Positions 7,171-17,210 of a stretch of DNA of 64,000 nucleotides are shown piece by piece. This DNA comes from an uncultured virus (IMG/VR IMGVR_UViG_3300020312_000001) (Duplodnaviria; Heunggongvirae; Uroviricota; Caudoviricetes; Crassvirales), in IMG/VR virus record IMGVR_UViG_3300020312_000001. One strand, given 5' to 3'. Within the stretch, counting starts at the first letter, position 1. The number at the start of each line of letters is the position of its first letter. The notes beneath the pieces were generated by a model. That model was not told the origin of the DNA. It did no database searches and saw nothing but the letters and a program-made list of their open reading frames with translations. The translations under genes and the position numbers were made by a program.

Positions 7171-7312
7171 AAATATATGACATACACCTATCTAAGTATA
7201 AGAGTAACCCCTTATTGTCATAGTAAATATCTATAGTACTGTGTAATTATAGAAACTGTAGAAAAGCGACAAGGAGTCGTATAAAAAATAATTAACTTAT
7301 AACAATTTCAAG

Positions 7313-7840
7313 ATGGCATATATTAAACCAACTTTAACAATAGCATCAAATGCCACGGGAGCATCAACAGATCCTGGGCCACTTAGTTTTGCTCTCAACT
7401 TGTCAGCTAAACCTTTAAATAATAGGTTAGATGTAGATGACGTTCAATCTCAAATATACGCTCTACCTATAGTATCATCAGCAAATACGAAGATATTAGA
7501 TGGAGACGCTTTATCAATAGCATCGACAGGTGGTGGTGCAACTGGTGATGATTCAGATATAGCTAACACACACGGTTGCTGGATATACATGAAAAATGTA
7601 ACTGGGAGCGGTACTGAATTTATATACATAGGTTGTGGAACACAGGGTTATACTCAACTAAATAACGGTGCAGGTAATTCTTTAAATAATAATGACGATG
7701 CTTCAGCTAGACTATACGTTCTTAGAAGAGGTGAATTTGCATTCTTCCCGTTTGATTATCTAAGAGATTTTTATGCAGCAGGTAGTGATGCTAACCAAGT
7801 ATTAGAGGTTTGGAGATTTGATAGAGCACCGTTAACTTAA
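7313..7840 (+). CDS. putative virion structural protein, paralog of 7854..8399
   Basis: Shares PTLxIxxN...GP.S..L.LS...GEFAFFPxDY...WxFDR with the next ORF. Confidence 0.75.
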   Translation: MAYIKPTLTIASNATGASTDPGPLSFALNLSAKPLNNRLDVDDVQSQIYALPIVSSANTKILDGDALSIASTGGGATGDDSDIANTHGCWIYMKNVTGSGTEFIYIGCGTQGYTQLNNGAGNSLNNNDDASARLYVLRRGEFAFFPFDYLRDFYAAGSDANQVLEVWRFDRAPLT

Positions 7841-7853
7841 TAAAAAATAGAAT

Positions 7854-8399
7854 ATGGCAAGTATAATAACACCTACATTAAATATTACTGCAAATAACAA
7901 AGATTATGCAACCACTGCTTCAGCTGGACCAATGAGTATGTCTTTGTCCTTATCTACAACTAAAGCTATAAGTGTAGATTATGTTATGCAAGGAATGTTA
8001 GAAACTAGCACAACGCCAACAGAGTTGTTTAATGAAACATCAGGTCACGATATAATGACAGCTCATGGATCTGATACATGGACTTTAGGTACCGTTGGTG
8101 GATATCTTTATTTAAAACACACAGCTACATCAGGTACAGATAGAATACTTATAGGTATAGTATCGAACCATAATCCAGCTGGATCTTCAGATCCTATTAC
8201 TGGTAGTGATACACCTGCTGCACCAGCAGCGTCTGGAGATGGTAATTTAGCAGCTATAGATAATACAACGTTAAGAACAATGACTCTTCTGCCAGGAGAG
8301 TTCGCGTTTTTTCCCTGGGATTATACTGGTAGAATTTTTGTAGAAAACACAGCTGGTAGTCACATATTAGAATGGTGGCTATTTGATAGATTACCATAA
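7854..8399 (+). CDS. putative virion structural protein, paralog of 7313..7840
   Basis: Tandem paralog of the preceding ORF. Confidence 0.75.
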   Translation: MASIITPTLNITANNKDYATTASAGPMSMSLSLSTTKAISVDYVMQGMLETSTTPTELFNETSGHDIMTAHGSDTWTLGTVGGYLYLKHTATSGTDRILIGIVSNHNPAGSSDPITGSDTPAAPAASGDGNLAAIDNTTLRTMTLLPGEFAFFPWDYTGRIFVENTAGSHILEWWLFDRLP

Positions 8400-8401
8400 T
8401 C

Positions 8402-9199
8402 ATGGCATTTAAACTTAGATCAGGAAATAATACTAGTTTTAAAGCGATGGGGAGTTCTTCTCCTACGTTTCTTAAAAAGCACGCATCTCCTTTTTATAAA
8501 GACAAAGATGACAAAGAAAAGGATAAACCAGAAAAACCTGATAAGCCTGAGAAAGCTGAAAATAGAGAAAAAGTTGAGAAGGTAAAAGATGAGAAGGTTG
8601 AGAATGTTGAAGCAAGTGACACAAAAGAGGAATTACCAATAGGTGTTGGTTTACCGCAAGAAGAAGTTGCAGTTGAGGGACCACAGCTACCACCTGAGGT
8701 TGATAGTGAAAAAGAGATTGATACTGATGCTGCAGCTCAAAAAGAGATTGACGATCAAAAAGCTCAAAAAGAGATTGATGATCAAATAGCTAAAGAAGAT
8801 TTAGAGCATCTAGTCGAAGACACTAAGGAAGCAGGCAAACATTTAGCTAAAAATGCAACTAAAGTTGTGGGCGCTAATAAAGTTGGTACTGTTATAGAGA
8901 GAACAGCCAACTTACAGTCCGATCTACAAAATAAAGCTTTAGACACTTTATCAAAAATAAAAAACGTGAATCCAAATAGCACTTTAGGTAAAGTAGCTAA
9001 GTTTGGAAAAAACGTAGCGAGATTTGGTAAGTATGGATTAAGATTCGCTCCTATAGTTGGTCAAGCCATGTTAGCTTATGACGCTATAAAATTAGGACAT
9101 AAGATGTATAAAGATAGAGATAAGATAGCATCTTATTTAAAAAACAAAACAAACAATATCTCTAATAGCTTAGAAGAATTTGGAGATAATGTTACTTAG
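8402..9199 (+). CDS. MAFK-leader protein with charged low-complexity middle and amphipathic C-terminus
   Basis: Starts MAFKLRSGNNTSFKAMGSSSP; 27-bp tandem duplication at 8734-8787. Confidence 0.75.
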   Translation: MAFKLRSGNNTSFKAMGSSSPTFLKKHASPFYKDKDDKEKDKPEKPDKPEKAENREKVEKVKDEKVENVEASDTKEELPIGVGLPQEEVAVEGPQLPPEVDSEKEIDTDAAAQKEIDDQKAQKEIDDQIAKEDLEHLVEDTKEAGKHLAKNATKVVGANKVGTVIERTANLQSDLQNKALDTLSKIKNVNPNSTLGKVAKFGKNVARFGKYGLRFAPIVGQAMLAYDAIKLGHKMYKDRDKIASYLKNKTNNISNSLEEFGDNVT

Positions 9200-9248
9200 G
9201 GAAAATCCCTAAACCAATTAACAATAACCAATTAAACAAAAAACCAAT

Positions 9249-9542
9249 ATGACTTATTTTTATTATAAGAGTACCGCGAGTACTACAGAACCAAAAATTT
9301 CAGATAAAACAATAGCAGAATGGAAACATTTAGCTTCTAAAAAGAACTGGAGAATTACACAACTACCTAACGGGTATTATCAAACAGAAGTAAATAAACC
9401 TAGTAATAGTGAAGAATGGGTGGATGTAACGAGAAGAGAAACACTAGAAGGTGCAGAAGCTGCTGTAGAAAGTAGCGTTGAGCATTTTGCTAAAAAGCTA
9501 GAATATATCAAAGGCCCTAAAGTGGTAAAAACTTTTAAATAA
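9249..9542 (+). CDS. phage hypothetical protein
   Basis: 97-aa ORF preceded by an A-rich leader. Confidence 0.75.
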   Translation: MTYFYYKSTASTTEPKISDKTIAEWKHLASKKNWRITQLPNGYYQTEVNKPSNSEEWVDVTRRETLEGAEAAVESSVEHFAKKLEYIKGPKVVKTFK

Positions 9543-9543
9543 T

Positions 9544-9918
9544 ATGGCATTTAAATTAGGATCGGGAAACAGAGATTATAACTTACCTTGGAAGAAAAAG
9601 TCTATACTTAGAAAGAATGACTTAGAAGACGGGGTGTTAGCCGAGGCTAATAACGATGGAACCATATACGTAGATAGTAATATTCCTAAAGATAGCGATC
9701 TATATAATAGAGTAATCAAACATGAAATGAAACACATGGAAGACATGGAAAGTGGAAGAGCTGATTACGGTGATGATTGGGTTGAGTGGGAAGGTAATAT
9801 CTATTTTAGAAGAGAAGTTGATGGTGAAAAAATGATCGATGGTCCAGCAGGTAGATTACCTGAGGGCCATCCAGATCACCCATGGGAACAATCCGCAATA
9901 AAAGCAGAAAAAGAATAA
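9544..9918 (+). CDS. MAFK-leader protein with HExxH zinc metallopeptidase-like motif
   Basis: Starts MAFKLGSGN; contains 'GTIYVD...VIKHEMKH...PWEQSA'. Confidence 0.7.
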   Translation: MAFKLGSGNRDYNLPWKKKSILRKNDLEDGVLAEANNDGTIYVDSNIPKDSDLYNRVIKHEMKHMEDMESGRADYGDDWVEWEGNIYFRREVDGEKMIDGPAGRLPEGHPDHPWEQSAIKAEKE

Positions 9919-9920
9919 TT

Positions 9921-10253
9921 ATGGCATTTAAAATGAAATCGGGCAATAGCCCTTTATTTAAAGATATGGGTAGTAAAGAAAAGGAAGGTCCTTTATATAT
10001 GAAAGAGGATAGTCCACTTCAATTTTTTGATATGATAAAGAGTAGTTGGGATGCGGCTAAAGGTCACATGAGAGCGTTGAGAAAAGGGGAGAAGCCTGGA
10101 GACCTTGAAAACCAAGAAGATTGTGATTGTGGAGAAAGCCCGTCTTCTGGTGAAGAAAACACTATGATTGGAAGAGCGAAGGAAAAAGCTAAAGCACTGT
10201 TTGGTGGAGAGCATTGGAAGAAAATAAAAGAAGATGAATCAAAAACAGAGTAA
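9921..10253 (+). CDS. MAFK-leader protein (start revised to 9921)
   Basis: MAFKMKSGNSPLFKDMGS begins just after the stop of the previous gene. Confidence 0.7.
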   Translation: MAFKMKSGNSPLFKDMGSKEKEGPLYMKEDSPLQFFDMIKSSWDAAKGHMRALRKGEKPGDLENQEDCDCGESPSSGEENTMIGRAKEKAKALFGGEHWKKIKEDESKTE

Positions 10254-10255
10254 TC

Positions 10256-10510
10256 ATGGCGTTTAAAATGAAAGGATACAGTGGGTTTAAAAAACACACT
10301 AAAGGACATAATGATGGAGACGATGTTAAAATGACTCCAGAAGAAGAAAAAGCTCATAGAGAGAAAGTTCTTGAATACAACAAGAACACAGCTAAACCCA
10401 TGAGTGATATTCAAAAAAACAAAATAAAAGAACAGTTGAGCAAAATGGATCCAGATGATCCTGAAGCTAAACTATTGCAAGATATGCTTAACTTGCCTAA
10501 AAATAAGTAA
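10256..10510 (+). CDS. MAFK-leader protein
   Basis: Starts MAFKMKGYSGFKK. Confidence 0.7.
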   Translation: MAFKMKGYSGFKKHTKGHNDGDDVKMTPEEEKAHREKVLEYNKNTAKPMSDIQKNKIKEQLSKMDPDDPEAKLLQDMLNLPKNK

Positions 10511-10557
10511 TTGTAGGTAATAATACCTATAGACAATTTAATTTAATAAAATAAAAT

Positions 10558-12126
10558 ATGGAATACAACTTACCAAGTGAATTGGTGAAAGACCTCGCGT
10601 TTGGAGGTGAAGCCAAAGATAAAGTTATAGAAGGAGTTAATAAACTAGCCCAAGCCGTTAAATCTACATTAGGCGCATCAGGAAAATGCGTTATATATGA
10701 AGATGGGAGAGGCAAGCCGGTCATTACAAAAGATGGGGTAACCGTTGCGGAAAGCGTAGTCTTATATGATCCGGTTGAGAACATGGGTGCTACACTTATA
10801 AAAGAAGCAGCCAGAAACACAGTTAAAGACGCTGGAGACGGAACCACAACAGCTACAGTGCTAGCAGAAGCACTAATCAAGCAAATAGACACTGCGGTCG
10901 CAGATGGTCTTACAATCAGAGAAATTAAAGATGGAGTAAATGAAACACTAGAAGATGTTATTAAATATCTTAATAATATATCTATTGATGTTGAGGGTAA
11001 TATGCTTAAGTCCGTAAGTTCTATATCGTGTAATAACGATAAAGAGTTAGGTAGTATTATAGCGGAAGCATACGATAAGGTTGGTAAAGATGGTGTTGTT
11101 TTAATGGAAGAAAGTGAATCAGAAGATACATATGTTGATATAGTAGACGGAGTACAAATCGATTGTGGTTTAACTTCACCACATTTAGTGACAAATACTG
11201 AAAAACATACATGTGAGTTGGATAAACCTTTAATACTAACAGTATCATCGGAAATACCTAATATTAGAAAAATACAATCTATATTAGAGTATGTTATTAA
11301 AAACAACCGATCTTTACTTATAGTAGCTCCAGTAGCACAATCAGTAAAGTCGGCGCTTATTATGAACAAGGTTAAAGGTAATATTAAAATAAACATAATA
11401 GATCCACCTGGTTTTGGACCAACAAAGAAAGATGCTATAGAAGATTTAGCTATACTAACTGGTTCCACTGTTGTTAATGAAGAGTTAGGTGATGATCTTG
11501 ATTTAATAAAACCTGATTTTCTAGGAGAGGCTGAATTCTCAGTGACAACAGAAAAAGACACTATATTAACTATAGATGGTATGACTCAGAGCATAGAGGA
11601 TAGAATTGATGAATTAAATAGTAAACTAGCTAAAGAAAAAGACGGATTTATAAAAAGAAAATTAGAACAAAGACTTGTTATGTTGTCAGGTAGCGTAGGT
11701 GTTATTAAGGTTGGTGCTAATTCTAAGGTTGAGCTTAAAGAAAAGAAAGATAGAATAGAAGATGCAATATACGCTACAAAAGCAGCATTAAAGGAAGGTA
11801 TTGTTCCCGGAGGTGGAATAGCACTGTTGAATGCATCTCAAAAAATTTCGACCGGGCCAGCCGGTAAAGTATTATTAAACGCTTTGTCTGCTCCATATGA
11901 AACTATTATGAATAATGCTGGGTTAATGATGAATCCCAGTAATATGAAAGAAGGATACGGTTGTAATGTTATAAATGGAACATTTCCTAACATGATTAAA
12001 GAAGGTATAATCGATCCTGTTCTTGTAACTAAATCTGCACTTAAAAATGCTGTAAGTGTAGCGTTAACTATAATGTCAGCAGATTGTGTAATTTCAAATA
12101 TAAGAGTAGAAAATGCAAGCAGTTAA
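10558..12126 (+). CDS. groEL: phage chaperonin GroEL
   Basis: ITKDGVTVA, AGDGTTTATVLA, GFG, GIVPGGG and GIIDP motifs; no C-terminal GGM tail. Confidence 0.97.
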   Translation: MEYNLPSELVKDLAFGGEAKDKVIEGVNKLAQAVKSTLGASGKCVIYEDGRGKPVITKDGVTVAESVVLYDPVENMGATLIKEAARNTVKDAGDGTTTATVLAEALIKQIDTAVADGLTIREIKDGVNETLEDVIKYLNNISIDVEGNMLKSVSSISCNNDKELGSIIAEAYDKVGKDGVVLMEESESEDTYVDIVDGVQIDCGLTSPHLVTNTEKHTCELDKPLILTVSSEIPNIRKIQSILEYVIKNNRSLLIVAPVAQSVKSALIMNKVKGNIKINIIDPPGFGPTKKDAIEDLAILTGSTVVNEELGDDLDLIKPDFLGEAEFSVTTEKDTILTIDGMTQSIEDRIDELNSKLAKEKDGFIKRKLEQRLVMLSGSVGVIKVGANSKVELKEKKDRIEDAIYATKAALKEGIVPGGGIALLNASQKISTGPAGKVLLNALSAPYETIMNNAGLMMNPSNMKEGYGCNVINGTFPNMIKEGIIDPVLVTKSALKNAVSVALTIMSADCVISNIRVENASS

Positions 12127-12370
12127 TGATTATGTTATAGTAGATATAATAAAAGAAGGACCAAAAAAAGTTGGTGGTTTAATCTTAACAGATGAAACAG
12201 ATGAAACAAATAGATATAGAAAAGCAAAAATTATATCTGTAGGAAATATGGTTGAGGTAGTGAAAAAGGGTGATAGTATATATTACGATGCTATCGCTGG
12301 TCATGACATAGCCTACAACGATGTTATGTATCGAATTATACGCGCAAGAGATATAGTAATAGTAGAATAA
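12113..12370 (+). CDS. groES: co-chaperonin GroES
   Basis: 85 aa; 'KKVGGLILTD' mobile loop and 'ISVG..V..VKKGD.IYY'; overlaps the end of groEL. Confidence 0.88.
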   Translation: MQAVNDYVIVDIIKEGPKKVGGLILTDETDETNRYRKAKIISVGNMVEVVKKGDSIYYDAIAGHDIAYNDVMYRIIRARDIVIVE

Positions 12371-12488
12371 TTACTATTCTTAAAAAACGTGTAATATCTA
12401 TTAAAGTAGATTATACATAAACCATAAACTATAATCCTTAAACTTAGAATCGAAATCAATTAATTAATAATCATAAAAAAATAATAAT

Positions 12489-12818
12489 ATGAATGAAACT
12501 ATTTTATTTTTCTCAGACGACGATATAGGTACTGGTACTGGTACTGGTGCGTATAAAGCATCTAGATTTATGGGGTTAGATCAAACTGGCGCAGATACCG
12601 CCACGTTCTATTTTAAAAATCAAGATTATGTAGATGGCGAAGAAAACACAGTAGCTGTGTCTTTTTCTGGCGCTTTCAAAGACTTAGCTAGAGCGGTCGC
12701 AGGTGTAATTAACTCAAAAAAAGCTTTTGTAGTAATGGCTGATTCACATAATGGTATTTATTTCTCTTATCCAGGAGGAACATTATCTGGTGATCCAGTA
12801 TTAGTTCAAACAGCATAA
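12489..12818 (+). CDS. hypothetical protein (related to 12844 and 13168 ORFs)
   Basis: 109 aa; short beta-rich pattern ending in a helix plus 'FVVMAD'. Confidence 0.7.
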   Translation: MNETILFFSDDDIGTGTGTGAYKASRFMGLDQTGADTATFYFKNQDYVDGEENTVAVSFSGAFKDLARAVAGVINSKKAFVVMADSHNGIYFSYPGGTLSGDPVLVQTA

Positions 12819-12843
12819 TTATTAACTAAATAAAAACAATATA

Positions 12844-13155
12844 ATGAAAAAATTTGTATATTTTGAAACAGCTAGTAATGATGCTATAATGCTACCACTA
12901 GACAACTACCTAGGAACACATTTTGAAGGTAAGGTCACTACTTTGCTATTGAGTTTCGCAAAAGTTGATAACGCGCTTGATGTATCGACTGTTCAGATGA
13001 TTACTAAACCTTTTAAAGGTCTTGAAGCTATGGAAGACTTACATGCTGCTTTTGCATCAGACCCAAAAGATGGGTTTATAATGATAGGTAACGACAATGA
13101 CGCTAATTTTACTAACCTTGAGAATATTACCAATGTTGGTACCATTTCTCTATAA
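12844..13155 (+). CDS. hypothetical protein
   Basis: 103 aa; similar size and layout to 12489..12818. Confidence 0.7.
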   Translation: MKKFVYFETASNDAIMLPLDNYLGTHFEGKVTTLLLSFAKVDNALDVSTVQMITKPFKGLEAMEDLHAAFASDPKDGFIMIGNDNDANFTNLENITNVGTISL

Positions 13156-13167
13156 TATATTTTAGAT

Positions 13168-13887
13168 ATGAAAGACGTATATTTATATTTCGCGGATGAT
13201 TTTAACCCGGTTAAAGCATCCACAACGACAGCTGATCAGTTAGTTACAATTAATAATGGAGCACCTTTCGTTGATATGCCAGCTACACCAATTACATTAG
13301 CTGAAGCTCAAGCAGGTGAAGGTTGGTTACATGAAGGAGCTTGTGTACTAACACTGGATGCAGCTCATAAAGACGGTGGTGGTGACGATCATTTATTTGG
13401 TACTCATTACGGAACCGTGGTTGATGATCAAGCTGATATCGTTGTATCACCTTATGCTGTTGAATACGCTGAGGGAACTGGTGACGGTGATTTTACAATT
13501 AGAACTGTAGCACAAGATCCTGTTTATGGTATAACACAAAGTTCAACTGCTGGTGAAAACGGTTTTAAATTAACACTTAAAAAACCATATTCCGGTGGTC
13601 AAGCTTTTGTTATTCCTTCTAGTTCAATATTGAATGTCTACGCGGGTGGTGGTGATACTCAAACACTAATAGCGTTGAGACCTACTCTTACAAACGATTC
13701 AGGAGACGTTGATACAATTACTTTAACTCACACGGCTGATGAGCAAAAAAGAGTTGCTGAGTCACTAGCTGATGTAATAACAAATCCAAGGAATCAGGGT
13801 AAGTTAATAAAGTGGTGTGATTTATTTTTTGGAAACCCAGCAAATGATGTTGGTGTTGTAAACATTGGTGTTAGTTGGGATTCATAG
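13168..13887 (+). CDS. hypothetical protein, possibly structural
   Basis: 239 aa, rich in G/T/D. Confidence 0.7.
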   Translation: MKDVYLYFADDFNPVKASTTTADQLVTINNGAPFVDMPATPITLAEAQAGEGWLHEGACVLTLDAAHKDGGGDDHLFGTHYGTVVDDQADIVVSPYAVEYAEGTGDGDFTIRTVAQDPVYGITQSSTAGENGFKLTLKKPYSGGQAFVIPSSSILNVYAGGGDTQTLIALRPTLTNDSGDVDTITLTHTADEQKRVAESLADVITNPRNQGKLIKWCDLFFGNPANDVGVVNIGVSWDS

Positions 13888-13890
13888 TAG

Positions 13891-14331
13891 ATGAGATTAA
13901 CTAGTCACGATTTACGTGATTTACAAATCCTTAAGTATTACAGGCTCGTTAGAAAATGGGCCTGTAAAACTTACGGGTTGACTGATGCTGATCTTGAGTT
14001 ACTAATATATTTAGATTGTAAAGGAAGATTTACGCGTCAAGAATTTATCGACGGTACTTACACGATGAGTTGGGATAAGAACCGTTGGGAGAAATTAAGG
14101 AGGAATGGTTGGATAGAAACATGGAGACATAGAAATAGAACAACCATCAAATACTCTGTATTCAAAACCTCCTTTAAGTGCTCACACTTAATAAGTAGAA
14201 TATATCGAATACTTTTAGGGGAAGAAGATATACCTACATCAGAAAAGAGTGTGTTTTTTAATAACAAATCATACACCGATAAGGTAATGAATAAGTCTAT
14301 CGATGATATGATAAAAGATAATAATAGATGA
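13891..14331 (+). CDS. putative winged-helix DNA-binding protein
   Basis: 'YGLTDADLELLIYL...FTRQEF...WEKLRRNGWIETW' has a MarR-like wHTH pattern. Confidence 0.55.
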   Translation: MRLTSHDLRDLQILKYYRLVRKWACKTYGLTDADLELLIYLDCKGRFTRQEFIDGTYTMSWDKNRWEKLRRNGWIETWRHRNRTTIKYSVFKTSFKCSHLISRIYRILLGEEDIPTSEKSVFFNNKSYTDKVMNKSIDDMIKDNNR

Positions 14332-14750
14332 TAGGAAAATTTATAGGTGGCTTATTCGGCAAAGTAGTAGACAATGCAGAAGGAATACTTGATAAAGTTA
14401 TTACAACAGACAAAGAAAGAGATGAAGCTAAACTCGCTCTTAGAAAGTTATTACTTGAAGCCGAAACAGAAGCCTTTAACAAAGAAGTCGAAGACAGGAA
14501 GAGCGCTAGAGATATGTACAAGGACGATGCACTTATTCAAAAAATACTTGCAACGTTATTCACGGTCGCGTACTTCGGTTTAAGCTTTATGATGTTTAGA
14601 TTCTTCGTATTAGGGGATATAGACATGGGAGAGTTTGAGATAAGTTTTGTCTCAACAATATTTGGCGCAATGAGCGCAAAAGTTAACACGGTAGTCGATT
14701 TCTTTTTCGGCGGATCGTCAAAAAAGAATGAACAACAAAATAAAAATTAA
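14328..14750 (+). CDS. holin-like membrane protein
   Basis: Amphipathic N-terminus, 'DKERDEAKL..DRKSAR', two hydrophobic segments and a 'FFFGGSSK' ending, as in phage holin-like proteins. Confidence 0.6.
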   Translation: MIGKFIGGLFGKVVDNAEGILDKVITTDKERDEAKLALRKLLLEAETEAFNKEVEDRKSARDMYKDDALIQKILATLFTVAYFGLSFMMFRFFVLGDIDMGEFEISFVSTIFGAMSAKVNTVVDFFFGGSSKKNEQQNKN

Positions 14751-14755
14751 TTAAA

Positions 14756-15157
14756 ATGGCAGGAATAAATTCAGCAGATATAGCTTACCACTTTGGTCAA
14801 ATGGGTAGTGGTCACATTAGAACAAACACCTCATCAATAAAACCACCTCATGGTCGAGTTATAATTGCTATAACAATGTTAGATAGTGTTACTTTTAGTA
14901 CTCTAACAGCTGACGCTAGTGGGGCATCTACATTAGTTGATCAATCAGATCCAGACACTAGAGGTGATGGTGTAGCTTTCTTTGGTTCTCAAACTCAAAC
15001 TAGAGCCAACGGTTTAGATAGTTCTAGTGCTGTTGAAAGTGAAGCAGTAGCTAATACAGTAGTTTTTCCAAAGGGTTTAACTATATATGGTAGATGGACT
15101 GAAGTTTCTTTACAAAATACTTCAGCTAATGGTATAATAGTTTATTACGGTGCTTAA
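14756..15157 (+). CDS. putative virion protein
   Basis: 133 aa; beta-rich C-terminus 'FPKGLTIYGRWTEVSL'. Confidence 0.7.
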   Translation: MAGINSADIAYHFGQMGSGHIRTNTSSIKPPHGRVIIAITMLDSVTFSTLTADASGASTLVDQSDPDTRGDGVAFFGSQTQTRANGLDSSSAVESEAVANTVVFPKGLTIYGRWTEVSLQNTSANGIIVYYGA

Positions 15158-16533
15158 TGTTAGGATCTAGTTTAACACATTATAGCGAAGAAGGTAGAAC
15201 AGCGTTAAAACTAAATGGTGTTGATGTGTATGCAGCCTTTTCTGGTAGAGATGGTACTAGTGGTAGTCAACCGATAATATTTGATTTCTGGATAAAAATA
15301 AGTTCCAGTATAAACGCATCACAACCAATATATACTAGTGGTTTTGGTACTACTCATACAAAAATAACAATCAACAAGAATGGTAGTGATTACGAGATGA
15401 AGTGTGTTTTAACTGAAAGTAATTCCGTTAAAGGAACTGTTACAACGGGGGATGTTTTAATTGGAGGTGGATCAGAAAATGATATTAGTGATCGTTTTGA
15501 TAAGTGGACTCACTTTCAGATCGTTTTTGCTCAAGCAGGGGGAACTGTTTTTGGAACAATAAGTATGAACGGTACATTAGTGGGAATAAAAAGCACAACA
15601 GCTTCGTACGCAGGTACTCTAGCGGCATCTGCAGCAGCGTATATAGGGAAAGATGGTGTAACATACGGTAACCACTATAGTATAGCTGACTTTTTCGTTT
15701 TTGCAAATTATACTGGTACATTTATGTACGGTGATATAGCTGCTCATAGAAGTAGTAAAGGGAATTTCTTTTCAAACCCTCTACACTATAATGTCACTGG
15801 TATAGACAAAATACGAGATGGAGATAACATGGCTAGAGGTTATTACAAGTTTTGTCAACATGAAGCTAAAGGTGCTCAATTAAACTATACGATGGACGAA
15901 AAAGATAAACAACCCTCGCTCGGTAGAGGAATGTATGTTGTTAATGAAATTTGGCACCACTCTCCAGGTGATCATGATACAATCACAGCGGAAACTGTGC
16001 CTGCAGTCCATGGTGTTGGTACATTTAACTACGGTGGAAACGCTAGTAATCTAGATGCTTGGACTCAGCAAACGGGTATTACTAAAAGTCTAGAGAATGG
16101 CGTGTCTAGATTCACGTTTGATGGAACTACAACAAAAGATGTTATAACAGGATTTAGTGGTGGACTTCTTCAACCAACCCATAGGGATGCTCCAGGTACT
16201 CAAATATACCAAATGGCACTCAATAGATTTAGAGTTAGATGTAATCTAACGGGTGTGCCAGATGGTTTTACCATTCACCAGTGGACAGGAGCTCTTGTTA
16301 AGAATACTGATTGGGAAGAAATAGAGTTAGTCGCTTGGCCAGGTTTCTTTCAAAATCATATAGTAACCATTAAGTCTAATGTTACTCCTACTGAAGGAGG
16401 TGGATGGATTGAGGTCCAGCATTTAGGTACACATTTCTTATCTGGAGGAGTAATAATAAATGCGTCAGCGGGATTAGTTAACCACGCTGATTGTGATTTT
16501 GTGGATTTTTCACCTTACGATCAATGGAATTAA
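15157..16533 (+). CDS. LamG/concanavalin-like domain protein (fibre or decoration)
   Basis: 'FDFWIK...DKWTHFQIVF....TISMNGTLV...YIGK' matches the LamG3 pattern. Confidence 0.6.
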   Translation: MLGSSLTHYSEEGRTALKLNGVDVYAAFSGRDGTSGSQPIIFDFWIKISSSINASQPIYTSGFGTTHTKITINKNGSDYEMKCVLTESNSVKGTVTTGDVLIGGGSENDISDRFDKWTHFQIVFAQAGGTVFGTISMNGTLVGIKSTTASYAGTLAASAAAYIGKDGVTYGNHYSIADFFVFANYTGTFMYGDIAAHRSSKGNFFSNPLHYNVTGIDKIRDGDNMARGYYKFCQHEAKGAQLNYTMDEKDKQPSLGRGMYVVNEIWHHSPGDHDTITAETVPAVHGVGTFNYGGNASNLDAWTQQTGITKSLENGVSRFTFDGTTTKDVITGFSGGLLQPTHRDAPGTQIYQMALNRFRVRCNLTGVPDGFTIHQWTGALVKNTDWEEIELVAWPGFFQNHIVTIKSNVTPTEGGGWIEVQHLGTHFLSGGVIINASAGLVNHADCDFVDFSPYDQWN

Positions 16534-16545
16534 AAAATATATAAA

Positions 16546-16899
16546 ATGTACTTAATACTAAAGAAAAAAGATTATATTAAAGAGCACACACGTGATGTTG
16601 ATGGAGAAACTCAAACTGTATATAGTTTCTCTAAAAATCTAGATTACTGCACAGTTAACGAGAATGATATTAGGTTTAGTTTGGATGGTAAACTTTTTTT
16701 AGCTAAATTTTATAAAAAACCTGAAAATCTTATTAATGAGAAGTGGTACGATTTAGAGGGTATACAAAAAGAGATGGCTAAAAATACGTGGAGTAAAGAT
16801 GTTACAAATAATGAAACAACAGAAAGTGTTAAGATAGAAGATCTTAACGATGAAGCAAAGGAACTTTTAAAAAATTCCTTTGGAATAATAATTGAATAA
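16546..16899 (+). CDS. hypothetical protein
   Basis: 117-aa ORF. Confidence 0.7.
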   Translation: MYLILKKKDYIKEHTRDVDGETQTVYSFSKNLDYCTVNENDIRFSLDGKLFLAKFYKKPENLINEKWYDLEGIQKEMAKNTWSKDVTNNETTESVKIEDLNDEAKELLKNSFGIIIE

Positions 16900-16910
16900 A
16901 ATTAAATAAA

Positions 16911-17210
16911 ATGGCAAAAGAATTAAAAGTAAAAGAAAGAAAAGATAAAATATCAAAAAAACATTTAGACAGTATGCAAAGTTTAGTTAACACTATAAAT
17001 GCTATACAGTTTAATATTGGAAAAATGGAGATACAAAAGCAAACAGCTTTAGATGAGATGAAAAGAAATCAAAAGGAAATAGCTAAAATGCAAGATCTTC
17101 TTATGAGAGAATATGGAAGTTTTGATGTTAATATAAATGATGGCTCAATTAATTGGCCAAAAAAACCAGAGTCCAACGGTGTTGAAAAACCAGTGGAAAA
17201 TGAAAAGTAA
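16911..17210 (+). CDS. coiled-coil hypothetical protein
   Basis: 99 aa; heptad pattern followed by 'EYGSFDVNINDGSI'. Confidence 0.7.
   Translation: MAKELKVKERKDKISKKHLDSMQSLVNTINAIQFNIGKMEIQKQTALDEMKRNQKEIAKMQDLLMREYGSFDVNINDGSINWPKKPESNGVEKPVENEK

Noticed and set aside
6992..7180. 62-aa Gly/Trp-rich ORF
   Set aside because: Simply the translation of the G-run island; composition is unlike any other gene here.
8734..8787. 27-bp tandem duplication (also PPVE repeats near 39950-40035)
   Set aside because: In-frame low-complexity coding repeats with no sign of a separate function.
10527..11561. 344-aa minus-strand ORF
   Set aside because: Antisense shadow of groEL; such open antisense frames are common opposite chaperonin genes.
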